62,237 nucleotides of DNA from an uncultured Lachnospiraceae bacterium (GTDB lineage Bacteria > Bacillota > Clostridia > Lachnospirales > Lachnospiraceae), in assembly GCA_910584115.1 (NCBI GenBank), contig CAJTYN010000002.1:1-62237 (forward strand), written 5' to 3'. Made by a program: the position numbers and the translations under genes. Shown here piece after piece: positions 46,768 to 56,390 of this stretch (positions within the stretch are counted from its first letter, which is position 1; each line of letters opens with the position of its first letter). The notes beneath the pieces were generated by a model. The model did no database searches, was not told where the DNA came from, and saw only the letters and a list, made by a program, of their open reading frames with translations.

Positions 46768-47694
46768 ATGGCTACGCTCACAGTAAGCAAGGAAGACGAG
46801 AAACGGGTAAAAGCGCTTGGTTTCCTGAGCAATAAAGGGACAGACAACTTCTCTGGCCGTGTGATCACGGTGAACGGAAAACTCACGGCAGACCAGCATA
46901 TCGCGATCGGGGAGGCAGCCCGGAGATTCGGGAATGGAAATGTGGTCTACACAGCCCGACTGACCGTGGAAGTCCAGGGGATCCCCTATGAGAAGATCGA
47001 CGCGTTCAGGGAGTTCATACAGGAGGCGGGACTCACCACCGGCGGGACTGGTGCGAAGGTGCGCCCTGTGGTCTCCTGTAAAGGGACGACCTGCCAGTAT
47101 GGCCGCATTGATACATTTGAACTGTCGGAAAAGGTACACAAGGCATTTTATGAGGGCTACCGTCAGGTGAGACTTCCCCATAAATTTAAGATCGCGGTGG
47201 GCGGATGTCCCAACAACTGTATGAAGCCGGAGCTGAACGACGTGGGCGTGGTGGGACAGCTGATCCCCAATTTCCAGGCGGATGTCTGCAAGGGATGTAA
47301 GAAATGTTCTGTCATGAAAGTATGTCCCATGGGAGCGGCCAAGGTGGTCGATAAGGTCCTGAAGATCGACAAGGAGATCTGCAGCCAGTGCGGACGCTGT
47401 GTGGGCAACTGCAATTTCGACGCCATCGCGGACGGGACCACCGGCTATAAGGTCTACATCGGGGGCAGGTGGGGGAAGGATATCTCCCATGGAAAAGCGC
47501 TGAGCAAGATCTTCACTTCCCAGGAGGAGGTCCTGCAGGCCATCGAGAAGATCATCCTGTTCTATAAGGAGCAGGGGGAGACAGGGGAAAGGCTCGCGCA
47601 GACCATTGCCCGGATCGGGTTTGAGAAAGTGGAGGCGGAGATCTTATCAGACGATATCCTGAGCAGGAAAGAGAAGATCCTGAGCGCAGAATGA
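46768..47694 (+). CDS. Nitrite/sulfite reductase-like 4Fe-4S protein (AsrC-like)
   Basis: RPVVSCKGTTC and PHKFKIAVGGCPNNC, plus ferredoxin motifs CKGCKKC..CP and CSQCGRCVGNC. Confidence 0.85.
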   Translation: MATLTVSKEDEKRVKALGFLSNKGTDNFSGRVITVNGKLTADQHIAIGEAARRFGNGNVVYTARLTVEVQGIPYEKIDAFREFIQEAGLTTGGTGAKVRPVVSCKGTTCQYGRIDTFELSEKVHKAFYEGYRQVRLPHKFKIAVGGCPNNCMKPELNDVGVVGQLIPNFQADVCKGCKKCSVMKVCPMGAAKVVDKVLKIDKEICSQCGRCVGNCNFDAIADGTTGYKVYIGGRWGKDISHGKALSKIFTSQEEVLQAIEKIILFYKEQGETGERLAQTIARIGFEKVEAEILSDDILSRKEKILSAE

Positions 47695-47709
47695 TCCAGT
47701 CTTAAATAG

Positions 47710-47749
47710 AGAAAGCCGGCGCAGTGTCATGCTGTGCCGGCTTTCTTTT
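47710..47749. terminator. Bidirectional terminator
   Basis: AGAAAGCCGGCGCAG/CTGTGCCGGCTTTCT followed by TTT. Confidence 0.78.
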
Positions 47750-48194
47750 CAAAAAATACGAACTGTAGTTCAGCGTTGACTGCTTTATGTCTGGATATCC
47801 TGTAACCCATTTTTTGATAAAGGCGGATATTCTCGTTGCTTTTTGTGCTCGTGAAGAGTTCGTATCGCTTCTGAGGAAAATACCGTTCAATCTCATTTAA
47901 GAGCGCCGTTCCATACCCGCGGCATCTGTGCTGCGGGTGGACCATCAATTTTCCGATATGCACTGTCCGGTCCTCTTCGCGCGCCCGCACCGAACCGATG
48001 ATATGTCCGTCCTCATCGAGCATTTTGAGGATGACGCCCGCGCCGTATTCATCAGTCAGATCCTCCAGCGTCTGTTTCAGGGGCGGTATATCTCTGTTCT
48101 CGAACAGGTCCGCCTCACTTTGGTATGCGAGGTATTGCAGCTGCAGGATCTCTGGCAGGTCTGCAAGATCTGCTCTGTAAATATTTTTTTTCAT
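47727..48194 (-). CDS. GNAT family acetyltransferase
   Basis: LQYLAYQSEA, IPPLKQT, IIGSVRA, HRCRGYGT and LYQKMGY motifs. Confidence 0.88.
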   Translation of the reverse strand: MKKNIYRADLADLPEILQLQYLAYQSEADLFENRDIPPLKQTLEDLTDEYGAGVILKMLDEDGHIIGSVRAREEDRTVHIGKLMVHPQHRCRGYGTALLNEIERYFPQKRYELFTSTKSNENIRLYQKMGYRISRHKAVNAELQFVFFEKKAGTA

Positions 48195-48720
48195 GGTCAT
48201 AGTCTTCTTTCGATAGTGTTAAGCTGTATCGCAAAAGGTCATAGCAGCGTCCGTCTTTTCTGCTCATCGTCGGCACAGAAGAGAGCAGCGTAAGACCGGA
48301 GGACTCTGCTAAACGGACGGAAGCGATGTTGTCCGCTCTTGTGGAATAGATAAATCCTCTTGCATCGAAATCTTCTCTGCAATAGCGGATCAGACCGTGG
48401 AGGATCTGCTTGCCGAACCCTTTTCCCACATGATCCGGTCCCAGGCATATCCCCGTCTCTTGATAAATGTAGGGGCCGATCCTTTCTACTCCGGCGAACC
48501 CGATCGCTCGGCCGCTGGATCTTTCATAGACCAGATATGTATCATGTTCTTTCTGAAACGCGATGGTCTTCATGATCCTGATCTTGGCATCTTCTTCATT
48601 CGTAGTGATATCCCAGGCCATGTATCTTGCGCTTTCCGGCCGTGACCAGACGTTCTGATACATTTCTCTCCAGTCTGAAAACTCTGCCTTATCGAGGATC
48701 AGGTCCTTGGTCTCGATCAT
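48115..48720 (-). CDS. GNAT (RimJ/RimL-like) acetyltransferase
   Basis: IETKDLIL, AIGFAG, GKGFGKQ and NIASVRLAE; the tail overlaps the next gene. Confidence 0.82.
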   Translation of the reverse strand: MIETKDLILDKAEFSDWREMYQNVWSRPESARYMAWDITTNEEDAKIRIMKTIAFQKEHDTYLVYERSSGRAIGFAGVERIGPYIYQETGICLGPDHVGKGFGKQILHGLIRYCREDFDARGFIYSTRADNIASVRLAESSGLTLLSSVPTMSRKDGRCYDLLRYSLTLSKEDYDHEKKYLQSRSCRPARDPAAAIPRIPK

Positions 48721-48755
48721 TTTCAGATATCCCCCTTCATCCGTTACGGTGCGAA

Positions 48756-48795
48756 AAAGACCGCAGACCTTTTTTGGGGATCTGCGGCGTCTTTT
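48756..48795 (-). terminator. Terminator after the PAP2 gene
   Basis: AAAAGAC-CGCAGA...TCTGCG-GCGTCTTTT imperfect inverted repeat. Confidence 0.6.
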
Positions 48796-49563
48796 CTATT
48801 TATAAGAAAATTTCGCGGCCACCTGCCGGGTGTATCTCCGGGCGGGATACTGGTAGAAGAACAGATAGCCCAGTCCGGCCATGGCGGTGCCCAAGACTAC
48901 ATCCACCACGGAATGCTGTTTTAAGAACATGGTGGACAGTACGATGGATGCCACCAGGACGAGCGTCGCCCTCTTGATCCAGGGACGTCCGGCCAGGGAA
49001 CGGCACCGGGAGATGGCCATGTAGGCGGCCAAGGAGTTGAACACATGGATACTGGGGAGGATGTTCGTGGCAGTGTCCGTAGCGTAGAGCCATCTGACCG
49101 CGTCCACACACAGGTTTGAACGTGTAAATGTATCCGGCCGGAGCTGATGTCCATTGGGATACAGGTAGGAGACCGCCAGGAAGATCGTCATCCCCGTGCA
49201 CAGGTTCCTGATATAGGAATGATATTCCTGCTTATCTTTATTAAAAAATATAAAGTACACCAGTGTTGTGGCCAGGAACGGGAACCACAGCATATACGGC
49301 ACGATGAAATATTCGCAGAACGGGATATAGTCATCGATGAACACGTGGACAATGTGGTAGCCGTGCTGGACGTTCTTCTCCAGATAAGAAAATGCGGTCA
49401 TGTAAAAAATGCCATACAGTACGATGATGAGTCCGTGCTTATACTGCGCGATGGCCTGCAGGATGAGACGGACGGGACCCTCCGGGACCGCTGTCCTGGG
49501 GCCATGTTTTCTTGCGTGATCCAATCTTCCACCTTCTTTTTCGTAATGTCTTATCCTTATCAT
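48796..49563 (-). CDS. PAP2-family membrane phosphatase/phosphoesterase (start uncertain)
   Basis: DDYIPF, FIVPY, RP, LPSIHV and STMFLKQHSVVDV motifs. Confidence 0.85.
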   Translation of the reverse strand: MIRIRHYEKEGGRLDHARKHGPRTAVPEGPVRLILQAIAQYKHGLIIVLYGIFYMTAFSYLEKNVQHGYHIVHVFIDDYIPFCEYFIVPYMLWFPFLATTLVYFIFFNKDKQEYHSYIRNLCTGMTIFLAVSYLYPNGHQLRPDTFTRSNLCVDAVRWLYATDTATNILPSIHVFNSLAAYMAISRCRSLAGRPWIKRATLVLVASIVLSTMFLKQHSVVDVVLGTAMAGLGYLFFYQYPARRYTRQVAAKFSYK

Positions 49564-49620
49564 AACACGTATGCGGTCCGTTTACAAACGAGGATCGAAA
49601 ACTTTATAAAAATTTTCTTT

Positions 49621-50262
49621 TTATCGCTCGATCCCGGAGAGGATCTCGTCGATCCATTCGTCCACATCGTAAGTGTCGTTGTCAAAGAGCTTGATGATCA
49701 CGCCGTAGGGTTCTTTTTCGTTGGCAAAAGCATTGGCCTCGTCCGTATCTACATGCATAGCGAGAGCAAAATTTTTGTTGACACGGACGACCACGTCGGC
49801 GTAGATCAGGGCCCGTTCGTAGCTCCTGGTCAGGACGAAGACCGTGTCGTTGTCCTTCACGCGCATCTTGTATGCCTGGGAAGGCGTCATGTGGATGTGC
49901 CTTTTGGCGACGATCACGCCCGTCTCGATGTCGATGGTGCTGTTCGGGCCGGAGAGGGTGCAGCCCGGTGTGCCTGCGATATCGCCGGATTGGCGGATCA
50001 TGGCGGGGATCCCCAGCTTCTTCGTGTCGGTGAGTGAGAGTTCCACCTGCGTCTGGGGGCGCAGCGGTCCTAAGAGGGCGATGTTCTCGAAACTGCCCCG
50101 CGGGCCGATGACGGTGAGCCGTTCTTTGGCCAGGAATTGTCCCGGCTGGCTCAGTTCTTTGTCGAAAGTGAGCTCAGAGCCTGTCCCGAATAATTTTTCA
50201 AAATCCTCTTTGCAGATATGTATGTGCCGGGCAGATGTCTCGATCGGAATTTTGATACCCAT
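49621..50262 (-). CDS. pduL: Phosphate propanoyltransferase
   Basis: SARHIH, LSQPGQF, LGPLRPQTQVELS, RQSGD..GTPG, VAKRHIHM and MHVDTDEANA motifs. Confidence 0.92.
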   Translation of the reverse strand: MGIKIPIETSARHIHICKEDFEKLFGTGSELTFDKELSQPGQFLAKERLTVIGPRGSFENIALLGPLRPQTQVELSLTDTKKLGIPAMIRQSGDIAGTPGCTLSGPNSTIDIETGVIVAKRHIHMTPSQAYKMRVKDNDTVFVLTRSYERALIYADVVVRVNKNFALAMHVDTDEANAFANEKEPYGVIIKLFDNDTYDVDEWIDEILSGIER

Positions 50263-50391
50263 ATCTTTGCAGCCTTTCTGATGATGTTTTTTATCTATTA
50301 TACGCCGGACGGCCCGCGACGGCAAGGATAACCTGTAACAAAAAAGTACATAGCACAATTCTGAAAAAAATATAATTTTTTTGATTTTCTA

Positions 50392-50420
50392 TTGTAAAAA
50401 ACGTAGCCATTCGTTAAAAT
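50392..50420 (+). promoter_or_regulatory. Promoter for the comEA operon
   Basis: TTGTAA, 17 bp, TAAAAT. Confidence 0.55.
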
Positions 50421-50490
50421 GATAAATGGTCATGCATGGTCTTCGCTCGTCAGGAGTCCTTACAGATACAGACTGTCAGGGAGGACTGTT

Positions 50491-50994
50491 ATGAAGAGAA
50501 AGATCATGTGTATATGTTTTTCTATTGTTAGTATATGCATATTATGGACTGGCTGCGGACGGAGCGCAGAGGAGCCTGTCTTTAACGTGGGCACAGAGAC
50601 GGTATCGAGTGCAGAGGATCCGCAGGGAGGAGATATCCAGGTGGACGAGGAGACGCTGCGCGCGATGATCGAAAGCGCGCTGGCGTCGGTAGAGATCAGT
50701 CCCGTGATAGAGGTCACATGCGGCTGCACGGGGGAGACTCAGGTGCATCAGGTCACTGCCGAGGCATCCGTAAACGGACCCGATGCGCCAGCGGACGACG
50801 GCAAAGTGGATATCAATACTGCGGATGCGGCGGCCTTACAGAGCCTGAATGGGATCGGGGAGACGCGGGCGCAGGCGATCATCTCTTACCGGGAGACCTG
50901 CGGGGCGTTCCAGTCGATCGAGGATATCAAGCGGGTGGACGGCATCAAGGACGGCGTCTTTGACAAGATCAAGGACGAGATCTCAGTGGGATAA
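50491..50994 (+). CDS. comEA: ComEA-like helix-hairpin-helix DNA receptor, predicted lipoprotein
   Basis: Signal ending WTGC; C-terminal KVDINTA..LQSLNGIGETRAQAII.YR..GAF.SIEDI..VDGI. Confidence 0.82.
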   Translation: MKRKIMCICFSIVSICILWTGCGRSAEEPVFNVGTETVSSAEDPQGGDIQVDEETLRAMIESALASVEISPVIEVTCGCTGETQVHQVTAEASVNGPDAPADDGKVDINTADAAALQSLNGIGETRAQAIISYRETCGAFQSIEDIKRVDGIKDGVFDKIKDEISVG

Positions 50995-51024
50995 ATATTT
51001 CAGTGATTAGAGAGGTTATCATTC

Positions 51025-51714
51025 ATGAGTAAAAGGGTACTGGTGGTAGACGATGAGAAACTGATCGTAAAAGGCATACGTTTTAGCCTGGAACAAGATG
51101 ACATGCATGTGGATTGTGCCTATGATGGCGAGGAAGCGCTGGAACTTGCCCAGGAGAACCATTATGATATCATCCTGCTGGATCTTATGCTGCCGAAGAT
51201 GGACGGACTGGAAGTCTGTCAGCAGATCCGGGAGTTTTCAAATGTGCCGATCGTGATGCTGACGGCAAAAGGGGAGGACATGGATAAGATCATGGGGCTG
51301 GAATACGGGGCGGATGATTATATCACGAAGCCCTTCAATATCCTGGAGGTGAAAGCGCGGATCAAGGCGATCATGCGCCGCGCCCATCAGGACAGCAATC
51401 CCCAGGAGAAGGCCAAGACCATAGAGGTGGGCGAGCTGCGCTTAGACTGCGAGGGACGGCGCGTGTTCATCTCCGGCAGGGAGGTCAACCTGACGGCAAA
51501 AGAATTTGACGTGCTGGAACTGCTCATCTTCAATCCCAATAAGGTGTACAGTCGGGAAAATCTCCTGAACATCGTGTGGGGCTACGAGTACCCGGGGGAT
51601 GTGAGGACTGTGGATGTACATATCCGCAGGCTCAGGGAGAAGATCGAGGTCAATCCCAGTGAGCCGAAATATGTGCATACAAAGTGGGGTGTGGGATACT
51701 ATTTTCAGGGATAG
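51025..51714 (+). CDS. OmpR-family response regulator (WalR/PhoP-like)
   Basis: VVDDE, LDLMLP, MLTAK, GADDYITKPF, LTAKEFD, RTVDVHIRRLREKIE and WGVGY motifs. Confidence 0.95.
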   Translation: MSKRVLVVDDEKLIVKGIRFSLEQDDMHVDCAYDGEEALELAQENHYDIILLDLMLPKMDGLEVCQQIREFSNVPIVMLTAKGEDMDKIMGLEYGADDYITKPFNILEVKARIKAIMRRAHQDSNPQEKAKTIEVGELRLDCEGRRVFISGREVNLTAKEFDVLELLIFNPNKVYSRENLLNIVWGYEYPGDVRTVDVHIRRLREKIEVNPSEPKYVHTKWGVGYYFQG

Positions 51715-51717
51715 GTC

Positions 51718-53151
51718 GTGCGTGGGATGCCGAAAAAAAAGTCAACATTCTTTAATAGTGTGCGCTTCCGCATCATGATCATCATGATCGTGCTGGGCAT
51801 CGTGCCATGTCTGGTCATAGCGGAGGCGGTCATCCATTCTTACGAAAAGCGGGCAGTCGCCCTGCGCATCAGCAATGTGCGCAGCCAGTGCGATATCCTG
51901 TGCAACCAGCTCATGGACGTGGGATATCTGGAAGACCCGGCGTCGAAGGTGATCGAGAGGCAGATCGAGGTGCTCTCCAATGTGTACAGCGGGAGGATCC
52001 TGCTGATCAACAATTATTTTAAGATCATCAAAGACACGTATGGGCTGGATGAGGGAAAGACTGTGGTCGCCGCGGATGTGATCCGGTGTCTGGAGGGCAG
52101 GGCCACCAGCAACTACAATAAGGAAAACAGATATATCGAGCTGACAGTACCCATCAAGGGTACGGATCAAAAAGAGCTGCAGGGGGTCATGCTCGTCAGC
52201 ATCTCCGCCGGTGAGATCGCTTCGTCGATCGAGTTCTTGGAGCGGACTGTGATCCTCTTCCTGGCGATCATCGCCCTGGTGGTGGCGGCGATCTCCTACG
52301 TGGCTTCCCGCGCGCTGGTGAAACCTTTCAACAAGATCACAAAAGCCATCGAGGAGATCACAGACGGATACCAGAAAGAAGATATACTCGTAGAAGATTA
52401 TACGGAGACAGAGCTGATCACCAACGCATTCAATAAGATGCTGAACAGGATGAAGATCCTGGACGAATCCAGACAGGAATTTGTCTCCAATGTATCCCAT
52501 GAGCTGAAGACGCCGATGACGTCCATGAAAGTGCTGGCAGATTCTCTCGTGGGCCAGGAGGGTGTCCCGGAAGAACTCTACCAGGAATTTCTGCAGGATA
52601 TCACCGTGGAGATTGACCGGGAGAGCAAGATCATCACGGATCTGCTCTCTTTGGTGAAGCTGGATAAGAAAGTCTCTGACCTGCGGATCGAGCATCTGAA
52701 CATCAATGATCTGCTGGAGCAGATCTTAAAGAGGCTCCGCCCCATAGCCGACGAGCGCAACATAGACCTGATCCTGGATAGTTTCCGTCCGGTGGAAGCG
52801 GATGTGGATGAGATGAAATTTACGCTGGCCATCTCAAATCTGGTTGAGAATGGGATTAAATACAACGTGGACGACGGTTGGGTGCGGGTGTCCCTGGATG
52901 CGGATCATAAATATTTTTATGTGATGGTCGCGGATTCCGGCATGGGGATCCCGGAGGAATCCCTGGAGCGGATCTTTGAGCGGTTTTACCGGGTGGACAA
53001 ATCCCATTCCAGGGAGATCGGGGGGACCGGCCTGGGGCTTTCCATTGCCAGGAGCGCCATATTGATGCACCACGGGGTGCTCAGTGTAAACAGCAAGGAA
53101 GAGGAGGGGACGACGTTTACGGTGCGGATCCCCGTATCTTATATCCCCTGA
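51718..53151 (+). CDS. Sensor histidine kinase (2 TM, HAMP, HisKA, HATPase)
   Basis: FVSNVSHELKTP, NLVENGIKY, DSGMGIP, FYRVDKSHSR and GTGLGL motifs. Confidence 0.95.
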   Translation: MRGMPKKKSTFFNSVRFRIMIIMIVLGIVPCLVIAEAVIHSYEKRAVALRISNVRSQCDILCNQLMDVGYLEDPASKVIERQIEVLSNVYSGRILLINNYFKIIKDTYGLDEGKTVVAADVIRCLEGRATSNYNKENRYIELTVPIKGTDQKELQGVMLVSISAGEIASSIEFLERTVILFLAIIALVVAAISYVASRALVKPFNKITKAIEEITDGYQKEDILVEDYTETELITNAFNKMLNRMKILDESRQEFVSNVSHELKTPMTSMKVLADSLVGQEGVPEELYQEFLQDITVEIDRESKIITDLLSLVKLDKKVSDLRIEHLNINDLLEQILKRLRPIADERNIDLILDSFRPVEADVDEMKFTLAISNLVENGIKYNVDDGWVRVSLDADHKYFYVMVADSGMGIPEESLERIFERFYRVDKSHSREIGGTGLGLSIARSAILMHHGVLSVNSKEEEGTTFTVRIPVSYIP

Positions 53152-53178
53152 AGATGGGAGGGTGTAAATGAGGTGGCC

Positions 53179-54099
53179 ATGAAAAAGTGGGTGTGTCTGT
53201 TTTTTTTGGTCCAGGCTGCGCTGACGGGATGCTCTTTTGGAGAGCAGGGAGGTAAAGTACCGGACTCAGAGTATTATTTTTACCATATCGATGAGACGAA
53301 GACAGAGCTGGTCCCGGTGGCCTATACGCCGTCAAAAGAGACGACGGAGGCCATGCTCCAGGATTTTATGAAACTCTTGAACGGCAAGGAACACGGGGAG
53401 GATGATATCAGCCTGCTGCCGGAGGGGGTAGAGATCGTGACCCACAGCGTCCACGACGGGGTGCTGAACCTGGATTTCAGCAAAGAGTATCTGCAGATGG
53501 ACGCGGCCAGGGAAGTGCTGGCCCGGGCAGGGGTGGTGAAGACTTTCTCGCAGCTTTCAGATATCGGATACGTGAAATTTCAGGTGGACGGCAAGCCCTT
53601 CCTGGATTCAAATAAGAAACCCATCGGGATCATGAATGAGGAGAGCTTCCTGGAGAGTTCCGGGAAAGACTTAAATTCCTATCAGACGGCCGATGTGGTC
53701 CTGTATTTTGCCAGCGAGGACGGGGAAAGACTGATCTCGGAGGAGAGAAAAGTCTATTTTCCCAGTAATGTGACCCTGGAGACGGTGGTCGTGGAGCAGC
53801 TGTTAAAAGGGCCGAAAGAAGCGGGAAACCCCACGATGCCCTCCACGACTAAGATCGTGTCGGTGACCACCATGGATAAAGTCTGTTATGTGAACCTGAA
53901 CAGGAGTTTCCTGGAGGAGCCTCTTCCGCTCAGGGAAGAACTCCCGGTCTACTCGATCGTAAATTCCCTGATCGATACATGCCGCGTGGAGAAAGTGCAG
54001 CTGTCCATCGACGGGGTCACGGATATCACCTACGGTGAGCAGATGGATCTGGACCAGTCTTACAAGAAAAATGAGGAACTGATCGATCAGACGAGATAA
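53179..54099 (+). CDS. GerMN-domain lipoprotein
   Basis: Lipobox LTGC; two GerMN-like repeats (LDFS..VKT..V.FQVDG and LYF..VEQLLKGP..VNL..SIVNSL..VQLSIDG). Confidence 0.85.
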   Translation: MKKWVCLFFLVQAALTGCSFGEQGGKVPDSEYYFYHIDETKTELVPVAYTPSKETTEAMLQDFMKLLNGKEHGEDDISLLPEGVEIVTHSVHDGVLNLDFSKEYLQMDAAREVLARAGVVKTFSQLSDIGYVKFQVDGKPFLDSNKKPIGIMNEESFLESSGKDLNSYQTADVVLYFASEDGERLISEERKVYFPSNVTLETVVVEQLLKGPKEAGNPTMPSTTKIVSVTTMDKVCYVNLNRSFLEEPLPLREELPVYSIVNSLIDTCRVEKVQLSIDGVTDITYGEQMDLDQSYKKNEELIDQTR

Positions 54100-54117
54100 A
54101 AAGGAAGTGGGTATTGA

Positions 54118-56367
54118 GTGAAACGGCCTATGTGCTGGCTGTGCCTGTTATTTATAGCGGCGATCTGGCTGGGGGATCTGACGGGGATCATGCCTGTCCG
54201 GTCCCCGGATATCCGGCTTGAGGAGGATGGGCGCTATATAGGCGAAAAAGGACAGGCGCTGATCTGTGGACGGATCTGTCAGTATATCTATTCAGAAAAT
54301 TCTATGGGCATCTGTCTGAAAGATGTCTATCTGAGATCCCGAGTCGGGGATATTTCAAAAAAATTAGCGGGACGTGTGGTCGTATATATGCAGGAAGACT
54401 GTGGCAGTGCGCTGCCTCTCGGGACCTGGGCGCAGGTGAGCGGCAGGCTGCAGAAGATCAGCGGCCCCAGGAATCCGGGGGAGTTTGACAGCCGTCTCTA
54501 TCATCAGACGAAGAAGATCTATTACCGGATGAGCGGGCAGGGACTGACGGCGGGCGGCGGACAGGTCTGGCATCTGCGGGAAGGACTGCGGCAGCTCAGG
54601 GAAAAGCTGGCGTGCTCCCTGGAGAAAGCCGTGCCAAAAGAGGCGGGGATACTCTGCGCTATGGTGGTCGGGGAGAAGAGGCTGCTGGGACAGGAGGAGA
54701 AAAACCTGCTGGCGGCAGGATCCCTCTCTCATATCATCTCTATATCAGGGATGCATCTGAGCCTTCTGGGCATGATGTGTTTCTATCTGTTCCAGAGACT
54801 GGGGCTGGGGATCCGGCCGGCCTCAGCTGCGGCCGCCGGCATGATGATCCTCTACGGCCTCCTGGCGGGGGAGAGCGTCGCCACCATGCGCGCGCTGGGC
54901 ATGTTCGGCCTGGCCATGACGGCAAGGATCGTGGGCAGGAGCTATGATCTTCTGAGCGCCCTGTCGCTGTCTGTGATCCTTCTGCTGCTGGACAACCCTG
55001 CATATCTGTATTACAGCGGGTTTCTCTTATCCTGCGGCTGTATCTGTGCGGTGGGTCTTGTCCTGCCGCTGTCTGAGCAGATCTTCTCATTTGGCAAGAT
55101 AAAGAATAGGATCGTAAAAAAACTGGGACAGACCCTGCAGATGGGCGTGGCCGTGCAGATGACCACCCTTCCTCTGATCCTATGGTCTTACTACGAAGTT
55201 CCCCTCTATGGGGTCCTGATCAACCTGCTGGCAGTCCCTACGCTGGGGATCGTTCTGGTCTGCGGCTGGGTGGGCGCGGCTGCCGGGTTGTGGATGCTGC
55301 CCGCAGCGCGGATCCTCCTGTTCCCGGCCTGCGTACTGATCCGTTTTTACCAGTTCCTGTGTGAGACGGCAAAAGGCCTCCCGGGCGCGGTCCTGATCCT
55401 GGGAAAGCCCGAGATGTGGCAGGTCGTTGTCTATTATTGTCTGCTGGCGACCGGACTCTTTCTGGGGCAAAAGCTCATCAGTATAAAAAAAGAAAAGCGC
55501 TGGCGGGCGGCAGGCACGGCCCTTGTCCTGCTGTGCTGGCTTTCGGGGACGTTGTCTCTGTGCTGTCGTTCCCACGGATCTTTGGAGATCACATGTCTGG
55601 ATGTGGGGCAGGGGGACGGGGCGGTGATCCGCACATCGAAGGGCGCTTGTTTCCTGGTGGACGGGGGCAGCAGCAGTCAGAAGAAAGTGGGCCGGTATAC
55701 GATCCTGCCGTTCTTGAAGAGCAGAGGGATCAGCCGGGTGGATGCGGTCTTTGTCAGCCATACGGACGCGGATCATATCAATGGGATCGAGGAGATCTTC
55801 CAGATGATCCGGACGGGTCAGACATCCCTGCGGATCAGCCGGCTGATCCTTCCGGGAACAACGACAGAAGATCCCGGCCGGGAAAAGCTGGCCCTCCTGG
55901 CAGTGCAGGCCGGGACAGAAGTCTCCTATATGAATGCCGGGGACCAGGTGCGGGCCGGGCCGGTGTCCTGGCAGGCGCTCTCCCCGCCTTCAAAAGGGCA
56001 GACGGGAGATATCAATGAAGATTCCCTGGTCCTTTTGCTGGAGGAGGGGGGATTTCAGGGATTGTTCACAGGGGACATCGGCGAGGAGCGGGAGAGCGCG
56101 CTGGCGGGCCGTCTGGCGGATTGTGATTTCCTGAAAGTGGCCCACCACGGCTCCAGATATTCCACAGGGGACGGCTTCCTGGCAGAAGTACGTCCGGAGG
56201 TGGCTGTGGCGTCGGCGAGCGCCACGAATACATACGGCCATCCCCACCCGGATACGCTGGCCCGGCTGGAAAAAAACAGATGCCATGTGTTCTTGACAAA
56301 AGACAGCGGAGCGGTTACCTTAGATATAAAGGACGGCATGATCCGGGCAGAGGCATATCTGCATTAG
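54118..56367 (+). CDS. comEC: DNA internalisation competence protein ComEC/Rec2
   Basis: RNPGEFD, SHIISISGMH, GFLLS, LDVGQGD, SHTDADH, FTGD, LKVAHHGS and YGHPHP motifs. Confidence 0.93.
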   Translation: MKRPMCWLCLLFIAAIWLGDLTGIMPVRSPDIRLEEDGRYIGEKGQALICGRICQYIYSENSMGICLKDVYLRSRVGDISKKLAGRVVVYMQEDCGSALPLGTWAQVSGRLQKISGPRNPGEFDSRLYHQTKKIYYRMSGQGLTAGGGQVWHLREGLRQLREKLACSLEKAVPKEAGILCAMVVGEKRLLGQEEKNLLAAGSLSHIISISGMHLSLLGMMCFYLFQRLGLGIRPASAAAAGMMILYGLLAGESVATMRALGMFGLAMTARIVGRSYDLLSALSLSVILLLLDNPAYLYYSGFLLSCGCICAVGLVLPLSEQIFSFGKIKNRIVKKLGQTLQMGVAVQMTTLPLILWSYYEVPLYGVLINLLAVPTLGIVLVCGWVGAAAGLWMLPAARILLFPACVLIRFYQFLCETAKGLPGAVLILGKPEMWQVVVYYCLLATGLFLGQKLISIKKEKRWRAAGTALVLLCWLSGTLSLCCRSHGSLEITCLDVGQGDGAVIRTSKGACFLVDGGSSSQKKVGRYTILPFLKSRGISRVDAVFVSHTDADHINGIEEIFQMIRTGQTSLRISRLILPGTTTEDPGREKLALLAVQAGTEVSYMNAGDQVRAGPVSWQALSPPSKGQTGDINEDSLVLLLEEGGFQGLFTGDIGEERESALAGRLADCDFLKVAHHGSRYSTGDGFLAEVRPEVAVASASATNTYGHPHPDTLARLEKNRCHVFLTKDSGAVTLDIKDGMIRAEAYLH

Positions 56368-56390
56368 AGTGAGCAGGATACGGAGGTCTT

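Noticed and set aside
50334..50350. TGTAAC-N5-AGTACA as a WalR-type box
   Set aside because: The second half-site has several mismatches in AT-rich DNA, so it is not supportable.
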